From the NCBI GenBank assembly GCA_904424815.1, contig CAJGBI010000001.1:1227671-1259670 (forward strand): a stretch of DNA of 32,000 bases. Reading direction: 5' to 3'. The stretch is from Puniceicoccaceae bacterium Marseille-Q1082 (GTDB lineage Bacteria; Verrucomicrobiota; Verrucomicrobiia; Opitutales; Intestinicryptomonadaceae). The position numbers were made by a program, and so were the translations under genes. The notes beneath the pieces were generated by a model, which worked only from the letters and a program-made list of their open reading frames with translations, was not told where the DNA came from and searched no databases. Positions within the stretch are counted from its first letter, which is position 1, and each line of letters opens with the position of its first letter. Shown one piece after another: positions 1 to 8,681 of this stretch.

Positions 1-1
1 T

Positions 2-1255
2 CCCGCGGCGTGGATCCAGGTGGAGAGCATGCCCGCCGCCCTCCCCGCCGCCGCGAAGAGCTTTTACGCCAGCCCCGACGAGTCTCTGAAAACTTTCGGC
101 GTCACAGGCACGAACGGCAAGACGAGCGTCACCTGGATGCTCCAGGCGATCCTCAACGCCTCGGGGCAAAAGTGCGGCGTAATCGGCACCATACACTACG
201 ACCTCGGCGGCAGGTGCCTGCCCGCGAGCCGCACTACCCCCGACGCGCTCGAGCTCCACGCGATGCTCAGCCAGATGCGCAACTGCTCCTGCAAGGCCGC
301 GGCGATGGAAATCAGCTCGCACGCCATAGCGCAAAAGCGCGCCTACGGCGTCCATTTGGACTGCGCGTGCTTCCTCAACCTCACGCAGGACCACATGGAC
401 TACCACAAGACGATGGAGTCCTACTTTGAGACGAAGGCGTCCATGTTCACGGGCGGGCTCGGGTCGCTGCCAAAAAACGCCGTCATAAATTTCGACGACC
501 CCTACGGCAGGCGAATCGCCGAACGACTCGACCCGTCCGTGCGCCTGGCGAGCTTCGGGATAGAATCCGCCGACGCGCAAATCCGCGCCGAAAATCTCAA
601 ACTGCTGCCGGGGCTCTCCGAATTTGAGCTCGTCTGGCCTGGCGGGAGGGCGAAAGCCTCAATAAAAATGCCGGGCCACTACAACGTCTCGAACGCGCTC
701 GCCGCCCTCGCCATGACATACGCCTCCGGCGGGGACGTCGGGAGGGCGGTCGAGGCGCTGAAAAATTTCCGCGGCGTCCCGGGGAGAATGCAAAAGGTTT
801 CCGGCCCCGCCGACTTCGACATATTCGTCGACTACGCCCACACAGACGACGCACTCAAAAACGGGCTGTCGATGCTCAGAAAAGTCGTCAAGAACCGGCT
901 GCTCGTGGTGTTCGGCTGCGGCGGGAAGCGCGACAGGTCGAAGAGGGCCAAGATGACGAAAGTCGTGCAGGAATACGCCGACATCGCGTGGGCGACCTCC
1001 GACAACCCGCGCGGAGAGCCGATTGCGCGCATATTCGGCGACATGAAAGAGGGCGTGGTGGACCCCGCCCGCATAGCGTTCGTGGAAGACCGCCGCAGGG
1101 CGATAAACCTCGCCATCGACTGCGCGGCCAAAGGCGACTGCATACTCATAGCCGGCAAGGGCCACGAAACTTTCCAGGAACTCGGAGACACCATAATCCC
1201 CTTCGACGACAAGCGCGTCGCCGAAGAGCTCCTAAACCTCAAAGGACTCGTTTGA
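2..1255 (+). CDS. murE: UDP-N-acetylmuramoyl-L-alanyl-D-glutamate--2,6-diaminopimelate ligase MurE, 5' end cut by window edge
   Basis: The open frame runs to the window start. It has the Mur-ligase P-loop GVTGTNGKTS and a C-terminal SDNPRGE (the DNPR motif typical of meso-DAP-adding MurE). It sits directly upstream of murF. Confidence 0.9.
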   Translation, partial: PAAWIQVESMPAALPAAAKSFYASPDESLKTFGVTGTNGKTSVTWMLQAILNASGQKCGVIGTIHYDLGGRCLPASRTTPDALELHAMLSQMRNCSCKAAAMEISSHAIAQKRAYGVHLDCACFLNLTQDHMDYHKTMESYFETKASMFTGGLGSLPKNAVINFDDPYGRRIAERLDPSVRLASFGIESADAQIRAENLKLLPGLSEFELVWPGGRAKASIKMPGHYNVSNALAALAMTYASGGDVGRAVEALKNFRGVPGRMQKVSGPADFDIFVDYAHTDDALKNGLSMLRKVVKNRLLVVFGCGGKRDRSKRAKMTKVVQEYADIAWATSDNPRGEPIARIFGDMKEGVVDPARIAFVEDRRRAINLAIDCAAKGDCILIAGKGHETFQELGDTIIPFDDKRVAEELLNLKGLV

Positions 1256-1256
1256 C

Positions 1257-2846
1257 ATGCCATTCTACAAATTCGACGACTTGCGCCTCTGGACGGGCGG
1301 CGCGTGGAAAATGCCCGAAGGCTCGGCCCGCAAAACCGACATCCGCGGATTCTCCGCCGACAGCAGAAAGATGGAAAAGGACTTCGCCTTTGTCGCCCTC
1401 AAAGGCGGGCGCGACGGCTGCGACTTCGCTGAAAGCGCGGTGGAAAACGGGGCGAGCGCGGTCATAGCCGACAGGCCCCTCGACCTCCCCGTCCCCGTGC
1501 TCGTCGTAAAGGACGCCCTGAAAGCTTTCCAGTCCATCGCAAAATTCCACAGGCTCCGGTTTGAAAACCCCGTCGTGGGGATAACCGGCTCCTGCGGCAA
1601 GACCTCCACCAAGGAGATGCTCGCGCGGCTCGTGGCGTGGAAAAATCCGCTCGTCACGGAAAAGAATTTCAACAACGAAATCGGCGTGCCGCTCACCGTC
1701 ACAAAAATCGACCTGCGCCAGAACCAGTGCGCGATAATAGAGGCGGGTGTCGCCGCGCCCGGGCAAATGAGGGAGCTCGCCGAAATAATTTCTCCGGACA
1801 TAGCGATAATAACCAATGTAGGGCTCTCGCACCTCGAAAAGTTCGGAGAGATCGCCAACGTCGCAAAAGAAAAGGCCATTCTCCCCGCCAACGCCGCCAA
1901 CGGCGGCTGGTGCCTTATGCACTCCAACCTTTTGAGTTGGAAATCCTTCGACGAGCTCAAATGCAAAAAGGCGATAGTCGCCAAAGCCGACGCCCCCGAC
2001 ATAAAGGCCGACCTCGTGTTCAGGTACTCCCTCTCCGAGCGCGGCGAAAGCGTCGGGGTCGACATGTGCGTCGAGGGGGGCTCGGAATACTTTTTTGAAA
2101 TCGGCAGAATGACGCAGGGAATGACCGAAAACGCGATGCTCGCCATAGCCGCCGCGCTGATGCTCGGCGCGCGGGAGGAGCAGATCGCCGCCGCCGCCGA
2201 AACTTTCGCGCCGCTGCCCATGCGCGGGCTCTGCGCCTCCGCCGGCGAAAGCCTCTATTACGTGGACTGCTACAACGCCTCCCCCACTTCTATGAAAGAC
2301 GCCCTCGCGCACTTCCTGAAAATTTCCGACGGCGGCGCACCGCGGCTCTTCCTGCTCGGCTCCATGGCGGAGCTGGGGCTCGCCGCGCACCGCCACCACA
2401 AGGAGATAGGCTTCAACCTGCCCTACCGCGCGGGCGACAGGGCGGCGCTCGTCGGCGAAAACGCCGAAACCTACAAGCTCGGAATGGTCGAATCCCAGTG
2501 GCCGGAAGAGGCGATAGAGATATTTGCGGACTCCGCCTCGGCGAAAGATTTCGTGGCGTCCTTCAAGGGCGCGGTGTTCGCCAAGGGCAGCCGCGTGTGC
2601 GAGCTCGAAAACGCCCTGCCCGCCGCCGCGCTCGCCGCCCTTGACTCAGAGGGCGCGCGCCGGATTGAGCCGGAACCCGAACCGGAGCCGGAAGAGCCCG
2701 AAACCGAACCAGAGCTTTCAGCAGACGGGGACGACGGGGGCGCGGACGAATTTGAAGACGGGGAAGATTTCGGCGACGCCGAAGATTCCGACGTCGAAAG
2801 CGCGGACGAAAACGAAGACGACGAAGACGAAAGGGACACCATCTAA
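1257..2846 (+). CDS. murF: UDP-N-acetylmuramoyl-tripeptide--D-alanyl-D-alanine ligase MurF with an acidic C-terminal extension
   Basis: 529-aa ORF with P-loop GITGSCGKTSTKE and a near-C-terminal KGSR motif, in the murE-murF-mraY position. The ATG lies 1 nt after the murE TGA. The last ~70 aa are a D/E/P-rich low-complexity tail. Confidence 0.87.
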   Translation: MPFYKFDDLRLWTGGAWKMPEGSARKTDIRGFSADSRKMEKDFAFVALKGGRDGCDFAESAVENGASAVIADRPLDLPVPVLVVKDALKAFQSIAKFHRLRFENPVVGITGSCGKTSTKEMLARLVAWKNPLVTEKNFNNEIGVPLTVTKIDLRQNQCAIIEAGVAAPGQMRELAEIISPDIAIITNVGLSHLEKFGEIANVAKEKAILPANAANGGWCLMHSNLLSWKSFDELKCKKAIVAKADAPDIKADLVFRYSLSERGESVGVDMCVEGGSEYFFEIGRMTQGMTENAMLAIAAALMLGAREEQIAAAAETFAPLPMRGLCASAGESLYYVDCYNASPTSMKDALAHFLKISDGGAPRLFLLGSMAELGLAAHRHHKEIGFNLPYRAGDRAALVGENAETYKLGMVESQWPEEAIEIFADSASAKDFVASFKGAVFAKGSRVCELENALPAAALAALDSEGARRIEPEPEPEPEEPETEPELSADGDDGGADEFEDGEDFGDAEDSDVESADENEDDEDERDTI

Positions 2847-3946
2847 TGCTCTTCGACCTCGCGGATTTTGAGTCGTACTTCGGGCCGCTGCGCCTCTTCA
2901 AATACCTTTCGTTCAGGTGCGCGTGCGCGGCGGCGATGGCGTTTTTTGTCGCCATGGCTTCGGCGCCCTGCGCCATAAGGGTTTTGCGCGCCATAAAATT
3001 CGGGCAGAGCTTCCGGACGAAGGAGGAGGTCGGCAGGCTCGCCGAGCTGCACGAATCCAAAAAGGGAACCCCTACGATGGGCGGGGTTATCATATTCGCG
3101 GCGGTCGCGCTGTCGAGCGTGCTCTTCGCGCGCATGAACGCGCTCGTATTTACCGCGCTGCTCGTGTACTCGGCGCTCACGGCGCTCGGGTTCGCCGACG
3201 ACTACCTCAAAATCGTCAAGAAAAACCCCAAGGGGGTGTCGGGGAAAATGAAGCTCGCGGTCCAGGCGGCTGTGACGCTCTCCGCCTGCGCGATACTATC
3301 TTTCTCCCCCGAATACTCCTCCATAATGCGCGAGCTCTGGATACCGTTTATGAAGTATCCGCTGGTTTCGTGCATGCCGCTGTGGTTCATGTTCGCCTTC
3401 ATGTTCCTCGTGCTCGCGGGGTCGAGCAACGCCATCAACCTGACCGACGGCATAGACGGGCTCGCCATCGGCTGCACCGTCTCCGCCGCCCTCGCCTACG
3501 CCGTGTTCACATACATCGCCGGAAACTCTATAGCAGCCGAATACCTCTTTCTGCGCTACATTCCGGGCTCCGGCGAAATGACCGTCGTGTGCTGCGCCCT
3601 GCTCGGGGCGTCGATGGCCTTTTTGTGGTACAACGCCCACCCCGCGGAAGTGTTTATGGGCGACACCGGTTCCCTCGCGCTCGGCGGGCTCATCGGGATA
3701 ACCGCCTTCATGTCGCTCCAGCCGTTCACGCTCGTAATCGTCGGCGGGATATTCGTAATCGAAGCCATGAGCGTGATACTGCAAGTCGCCTCCTACAAGA
3801 CGACCGGCAAAAGAATATTTTTGATGTCGCCCATACACCACCACTTTGAGATCAAAGGATGGAAAGAGACGAAAGTCGTCATACGCTTCTGGATTCTATC
3901 GCTGATCTTCGCGCTCGCGGGGTTGGCAACGCTCAAAATCAGGTAA
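2846..3946 (+). CDS. mraY: phospho-N-acetylmuramoyl-pentapeptide transferase MraY
   Basis: 366-aa polytopic membrane protein with MraY hallmarks KKGTPTMGG, NAINLTDGIDGLA, MGDTGSLALGG and PIHHHFE. A TAATG start/stop overlap joins it to murF. Confidence 0.94.
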   Translation: MLFDLADFESYFGPLRLFKYLSFRCACAAAMAFFVAMASAPCAIRVLRAIKFGQSFRTKEEVGRLAELHESKKGTPTMGGVIIFAAVALSSVLFARMNALVFTALLVYSALTALGFADDYLKIVKKNPKGVSGKMKLAVQAAVTLSACAILSFSPEYSSIMRELWIPFMKYPLVSCMPLWFMFAFMFLVLAGSSNAINLTDGIDGLAIGCTVSAALAYAVFTYIAGNSIAAEYLFLRYIPGSGEMTVVCCALLGASMAFLWYNAHPAEVFMGDTGSLALGGLIGITAFMSLQPFTLVIVGGIFVIEAMSVILQVASYKTTGKRIFLMSPIHHHFEIKGWKETKVVIRFWILSLIFALAGLATLKIR

Positions 3947-5238
3947 TGGAAAGCGCGGGGAAATTCGAAAAGATAAGGGCCCTCGCGGGAGGAGCCGCCG
4001 CCGCGATTTTCGGCGCGGGCGCGAGCGGCAGGGCGGCCGCGGAGCTCCTGAAAAGGGCGGGGGTTGGATTCTCCGTCTACGCGCAGGACGCCGGAGCTCC
4101 GGATTTCGCCGCAAAGCCCTTCGGAGCCGGAGCCGCCAAAGCGCACAGGCTTGTCGTGTACTCGCCCGCGTTTCGCCCCGACCACGAATGGATACGCCTC
4201 GCCGAAGAAAGCGGCGCGGCCGCGATTTGCGAGCCCGACCTCTCAGCCCTCGCGTGGGAGGGGAAAATCTACGCCGTCACCGGAACGAACGGCAAGACGA
4301 CGCTCGCGTCGTTTCTCGAGCGCGCGCTAACCCTCGCCGGCATAAGGGCGGTCGCGGCGGGCAACATAGGCCGCCCGCTTTCCGCTTTCTGCGCGGAAAT
4401 GGAGGATTCTTCAAACGCCGCCGCCGTGTGCGAACTCAGCTCCTTCCAGACATCGCGCCTGAAATTTCTGCGCCCCGACGCCCTGCTCTGGACGAACTTC
4501 GCGCCCGACCACCTCGACTGGCACAAAGACATGCGCGAATACTTCTGCGCGAAATTCAACCTCGTGAAAGCCCTGAGGGGAGAGCTGCTGTTCGTTTCAA
4601 AGGACGTGGCCGAAGCCGCGGAAGAGTACGGAATGGAAATGCCAGCCTTCGCGAAAATCCCCGCGGACATGGCTCCGTCCGCATGCCCGAAACCCTTCGG
4701 AACTTCCGTGCAGTCGCGCAACTTCGCAATGGCTTCGGAATTTCTAAAAAGCCTCGGATTGCAGTCAGCAGCGGCGGAGGCCGCCAGGGGCTTCGCGCTC
4801 CCTAAATACAGGTTCGGGGAACCCGTCGAGGCGCGCGGGGTCAAATTTTACAACGATTCAAAAGCCACCAACGCCCACGCCGCAATTGCCGCCCTGCGCG
4901 AGCTCTCGGGGGCGGAAAGCCTCGTGTGGATCGGCGGCGGCAAGGACAAAAACTGCGATATATCGGAGCTCGCGGCGGAAATCGCGAAAACCGCCAAAGG
5001 CGCCGCGCTAATCGGGCAGACCGCCGGCAAACTCGCAAAAATGCTGCGCTCCTCGGGCGTCGATGCGCGCGTATGCGGCTCCATGAAAGAAGCCGTGGAA
5101 ATCGCCGCAAAAATGGCGGGGGACGGAGGGAGCGTGCTGTTCAGCCCTGGATTTTCGAGCTTCGGAATGTTCTCGGGCTACGCGGACAGGGGGAAATCTT
5201 TTCAAAACGAAGTTTTGTGTTTGAAGAATTTAAAATAA
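3946..5238 (+). CDS. murD: UDP-N-acetylmuramoylalanine--D-glutamate ligase MurD
   Basis: I moved the start from the ORF-track 3859 to ATG 3946, which gives a TAATG overlap with the mraY stop. It has P-loop AVTGTNGKTT and the NDSKATN motif, in dcw order. Confidence 0.88.
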   Translation: MESAGKFEKIRALAGGAAAAIFGAGASGRAAAELLKRAGVGFSVYAQDAGAPDFAAKPFGAGAAKAHRLVVYSPAFRPDHEWIRLAEESGAAAICEPDLSALAWEGKIYAVTGTNGKTTLASFLERALTLAGIRAVAAGNIGRPLSAFCAEMEDSSNAAAVCELSSFQTSRLKFLRPDALLWTNFAPDHLDWHKDMREYFCAKFNLVKALRGELLFVSKDVAEAAEEYGMEMPAFAKIPADMAPSACPKPFGTSVQSRNFAMASEFLKSLGLQSAAAEAARGFALPKYRFGEPVEARGVKFYNDSKATNAHAAIAALRELSGAESLVWIGGGKDKNCDISELAAEIAKTAKGAALIGQTAGKLAKMLRSSGVDARVCGSMKEAVEIAAKMAGDGGSVLFSPGFSSFGMFSGYADRGKSFQNEVLCLKNLK

Positions 5239-5274
5239 ATATCAAAAATAGAAGGCAAAATTAAGGGGAAACGT

Positions 5275-6444
5275 ATGAAAAAATCAGTGGCAATCACGGC
5301 AGTGCTCGCGCTGCACATAGGCGTAATAAGCATGCTTCTCGTCCAGGCGGGATGCAGCTCCGAACCCGAAGCCCCCGCGGCGAAAGCCAAGACCGCAACC
5401 GAAGAGGTGACAACCATAGCCCCCGCCGAGCAGAAAGAAGCCGACGCCTCCGTGAGAGACGCGGAACTCCCGCCGGAGGGCAGCCCCACCCTGCGCGTGG
5501 CTCCCACGCGCCCCGCATGGAACATGGAAAAAGCCGACGGCGCGGGTGAAACGCTCGTGCCCGAGACGCCCGAAGAACCCGCCAAAGTTGCCCAAGTCCC
5601 TGCAAAACCCGCCGCAGAAACCGAAAACATTTACGTTGTAAGAAGGGGCGACAACCTCTCCTCCATCGCCCAAAAACACCGCGTGACGCTTTCCGAGCTC
5701 ATGGCTGTAAACGGCCTCTCGCGCTCGTCGGTAATCCAGATAGGCCAGGAGATAAAAATCCCCGCCTCCGGCGAAGTTTCAGCGCTCCCCGAACCCAAGC
5801 CCGCCGAACACGCCAACGCCCAGGTTTCCTCCGAAACCGAAACGTATATCGTAAAGAGCGGCGACTCGCTCTCCCGCATCGCCAAGAAATACTCCACAAC
5901 CGTCCGCCAGTTGATGGCCGTAAACAACCTCAAAAACCACAACATAAGGATAGGGCAAAAGCTTCTCGTGGCAAAGGGCTCCGCCGCCAGGGAGCAAAAA
6001 ACGGCGGAATCCGCCGCGGCGGCCGGAGAAATTTCCTACGAGATCAAGTCCGGCGACACTTTGGGCGCCATCGCCAGAAAGCACGGGACGAGCGTGTCCG
6101 CAATCTGCAAGCGCAACGGAATTTCCGACCCCCGCAAGATCCGCGCGGGCCAGAAAATAATCATAGCCTCCAAAGCGGAAAAGCCCCGGGCGGCGCAGCC
6201 CGCGCAAAAGAAAGCCGAACCCGCCCTGCCCCCGCAGCCGGCGGCAAACCCAATAACCGTGACCGCCGACGCCCCGAAGGCGCCCGCCCAACAGCCTGCG
6301 GCTGAGCCCGCTGCGCCTTCCTCCCCCGCTGCGCCTTCCGCGCCCGCTGCGGCGCCCGCCCCGTCGGATTCCCCCGCGCAGCCTCCCGCGCCCGCCCAGC
6401 CCGCCATTCCGGAAGCGGACGCGATCCCCGTCATAGAAATCTGA
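5275..6444 (+). CDS. secreted/lipoprotein-like protein with three LysM peptidoglycan-binding domains and a Pro/Ala-rich tail
   Basis: AAGGGGA RBS 6 nt upstream of the ATG. The N-terminal signal peptide ends in a lipobox-like VQAGC. Three LysM repeats start near 5632, 5845 and 6037 (YVVRRGDNLSSIAQKH..., YIVKSGDSLSRIAKKY..., YEIKSGDTLGAIARKH...). The C-terminal ~90 aa are P/A-rich. I see no catalytic domain. Confidence 0.8.
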   Translation: MKKSVAITAVLALHIGVISMLLVQAGCSSEPEAPAAKAKTATEEVTTIAPAEQKEADASVRDAELPPEGSPTLRVAPTRPAWNMEKADGAGETLVPETPEEPAKVAQVPAKPAAETENIYVVRRGDNLSSIAQKHRVTLSELMAVNGLSRSSVIQIGQEIKIPASGEVSALPEPKPAEHANAQVSSETETYIVKSGDSLSRIAKKYSTTVRQLMAVNNLKNHNIRIGQKLLVAKGSAAREQKTAESAAAAGEISYEIKSGDTLGAIARKHGTSVSAICKRNGISDPRKIRAGQKIIIASKAEKPRAAQPAQKKAEPALPPQPAANPITVTADAPKAPAQQPAAEPAAPSSPAAPSAPAAAPAPSDSPAQPPAPAQPAIPEADAIPVIEI

Positions 6445-6454
6445 TCGTCCGGAA

Positions 6455-7582
6455 ATGGACGGCCCGGACGCACAAGGTTCATTTCGGGGCGCTTGGTTCG
6501 GCATACTCTTTCCGGTGGCCTTTCTAAGCGCCCTTGGTTTGCTCACACTCATGAGCGCGGGCTCAAACCGCGCCGACCCTTACCTAATCGTCTCAAAGCA
6601 GGCGCTGTGGCTTGCGATCGCTTTCTGCGTTGGAACCGCCGCCGCATTCGTGGACCTCGGGCTCCTCAAGCGCTTCGCGCTCCCGATCGCCGCGGTTTCA
6701 GTCCTGCTGCTCGTCCTCGTCATAATACCGCATGTCGGCAGGGAGGTAAACGGCTCGCGGCGGTGGCTGGAGCTCGGCCCGATAGTCGCCCAGCCGAGCG
6801 ATCTGGCGAAATTCGCCCTCATAATTTTCCTCTCGTCGTACCTATACGACAACCAGCGGAAATTGAAGACGTTTACGGGGGGCCTCGTCAAACCCCTGTT
6901 TATAGTCGGGCTCTTTTGCGTGCCCATAATACTCGAGCCCGACTACGGCACCACTTTTCTCTGCGGGTTCGTGGGTCTGATTCTGATATTTCTGGCGGGC
7001 GCGAAAATCTCCCACATAACCGCAGTGTTCACCCCGCTCGGCGCGGTTTTCTGCGCGCTGATCTATTCCGACCCCGTGCGAATGAGGAGAATTTTCAGCT
7101 TTCTCGACGTCGAGGGGACAAAGGCCGACGGCTCCTACCAGCTCTATCAGGCGATACTCGCGTTCGGCTCCGGCGGCGTATTCGGCACGGGCATAGGCAG
7201 GGGGAGGCAGCAGCTCTCGTTCCTTCCGGAGGCGCACACGGACTTCATATTCGCGATAGTCGGCGAAGAGCTCGGAATTTTTGCGACCGTATCGGTCGTA
7301 GCCGCGTTTGCGATTTTGTTTTTCGTCACGATCACCTCTCTGCGGAAAGCTCCAAACCTCTTTGAGTATTCAATAGCCACGGGGGCCGTGATGATGATAA
7401 TCCTCCAGGCGCTCTTCAATATGTGCGTCGTCACGGGCCTCATGCCGACGAAGGGGATATCCCTGCCGTTCATAAGCTACGGGGGCTCAAACCTTGTGGC
7501 GATGTTCGCATTTACGGGGCTGATACTCAACTGCCTCAGGCGTTGGAGCAAGCCGGCGCAAATCAAAATAGGGGAACTATGA
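6455..7582 (+). CDS. ftsW: SEDS-family peptidoglycan glycosyltransferase FtsW
   Basis: 375-aa multi-TM protein with RRWLELGP..QPSDLAKF, EPDYGTT, PEAHTDFIFAIVGEELG and LPFISYGGSN motifs. It lies between murD and murG. Confidence 0.88.
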   Translation: MDGPDAQGSFRGAWFGILFPVAFLSALGLLTLMSAGSNRADPYLIVSKQALWLAIAFCVGTAAAFVDLGLLKRFALPIAAVSVLLLVLVIIPHVGREVNGSRRWLELGPIVAQPSDLAKFALIIFLSSYLYDNQRKLKTFTGGLVKPLFIVGLFCVPIILEPDYGTTFLCGFVGLILIFLAGAKISHITAVFTPLGAVFCALIYSDPVRMRRIFSFLDVEGTKADGSYQLYQAILAFGSGGVFGTGIGRGRQQLSFLPEAHTDFIFAIVGEELGIFATVSVVAAFAILFFVTITSLRKAPNLFEYSIATGAVMMIILQALFNMCVVTGLMPTKGISLPFISYGGSNLVAMFAFTGLILNCLRRWSKPAQIKIGEL

Positions 7583-8679
7583 GCAAATTTATCATTCTTT
7601 GCGGGGGAACCGGCGGGCATCTCGCCCCGGGGCTCGCGGTCGGGCAGGCGCTCATCGACGCCGGCGACGAGGCGAGCTTTGTCATCAGCCAGAAGGCGGT
7701 GGACTCGCGCCTTGCGGGCAAGTATTCCGGCCTGCACATAATAAAGGCGCCCGGGGTGGCGTTCTCACTGCGCCCCGCGCGGCTCTTCAAATTCTTTTCG
7801 GAGCTCGCAAAATCCGTGAAATTCGGCAGAAAGGTCATCTCTGAGGGCGGGTACGACGCCGTGATAAGCTTCGGCGGCTTCAATTCCCTCGGTTTTTCAA
7901 TAGCCGCCATAACGCTAGGGGTGCCGCTTATTCTGCACGAGGCAAACCGGCGCGCCGGAAAGGCCACGCGTCTGCTCGGCAGGTTTGCGGAGAGAATATA
8001 CGTGCCCCACGGCGTCAAAATCCCCAAGCGGAAGGGCGGCCAGGTGAGGTATTCCGGATATCCGGTCAGAAGCGAGATAAAAAAGCTGCCCGCCGCGGAA
8101 TCTAAGAGAAAATTCGGATTCGGGGCTGACGGGAAGCTACTGCTCGTGCTTGGCGGCAGCCAGGGGGCGCTCGCGCTCAACGAATGGGCGTCGCACAATT
8201 TCGACAGGCTCGCCGAAATGGGAATAGACGTCCTCTGCGTGTGCGGGCCGGGGAAAAACGCATTTCCCGACAGAACGGTAAAAACGAAGAGTTTCGGCGA
8301 CAGGAAAATCGCGTTTCTCGAATTTTGCGACGACATGGCCTCCGCGATGTCCGCGGCAAATCTTGCGGTCGCGCGCGCCGGAGCGGGAACAATCGCCGAG
8401 CTCGCGCGCTGCCGGCTCCCGTCCGTCATAGTCCCCTACCCCTTCGCCGCCGACAACCACCAGCGCGAAAACGCCAAGTGCTTTGAAAGGCAGGGAGGGT
8501 GCGCCGTCGTGGACCAGAACGACATGCACAGGCTCTTCGACGAAGTCGTCTGCCTGATGAACAACTCCGCGCTGCTGGAAACCATGCGCGAAAACCTCGC
8601 GAGGGTCGACGCGCTCAACGACACCTCGAAAATCATAGAAGACCTGCGGCTGGTCGCCGCCGGAGCGGGGGAGAAATAG
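7579..8679 (+). CDS. murG: UDP-N-acetylglucosamine--N-acetylmuramyl-(pentapeptide) pyrophosphoryl-undecaprenol GlcNAc transferase MurG
   Basis: Start set to ATG 7579 (ATGA overlap with the ftsW stop), giving N-terminus MSKFIILCGGTGGHLAPGLAV. It also has GGSQGA and RAGAGTIAEL motifs. Confidence 0.9.
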   Translation: MSKFIILCGGTGGHLAPGLAVGQALIDAGDEASFVISQKAVDSRLAGKYSGLHIIKAPGVAFSLRPARLFKFFSELAKSVKFGRKVISEGGYDAVISFGGFNSLGFSIAAITLGVPLILHEANRRAGKATRLLGRFAERIYVPHGVKIPKRKGGQVRYSGYPVRSEIKKLPAAESKRKFGFGADGKLLLVLGGSQGALALNEWASHNFDRLAEMGIDVLCVCGPGKNAFPDRTVKTKSFGDRKIAFLEFCDDMASAMSAANLAVARAGAGTIAELARCRLPSVIVPYPFAADNHQRENAKCFERQGGCAVVDQNDMHRLFDEVVCLMNNSALLETMRENLARVDALNDTSKIIEDLRLVAAGAGEK

Positions 8680-8681
8680 CC

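Noticed and set aside
1239-2399. Long antisense or alternative-frame ORFs overlapping well-supported genes. Examples are 1239-2399(-), 5779-6552(-), 11658-12827(-), 13903-14949(-), 15405-16970(+), 22914-23963(-), 24114-25091(+), 25066-26187(-) and 25116-26579(+).
   Set aside because: These are typical high-GC shadow ORFs. Their composition is Arg/Pro/Gly/Ala-rich, they have no recognisable motifs, and each is fully nested in a gene with strong family signatures on the other strand or frame.
3859-3945. N-terminal extensions in the ORF-track calls: murD from 3859, murG from 7423, murC from 8499, ftsA from 11364, purT to 16889, glgC to 20591, the adaptor from 22344, and the transposase from 20492.
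   Set aside because: The extensions overlap the preceding gene or non-coding DNA, are R/P-rich, and precede internal starts that give canonical family N-termini and stop/start coupling. The transposase extension crosses the IS left boundary.
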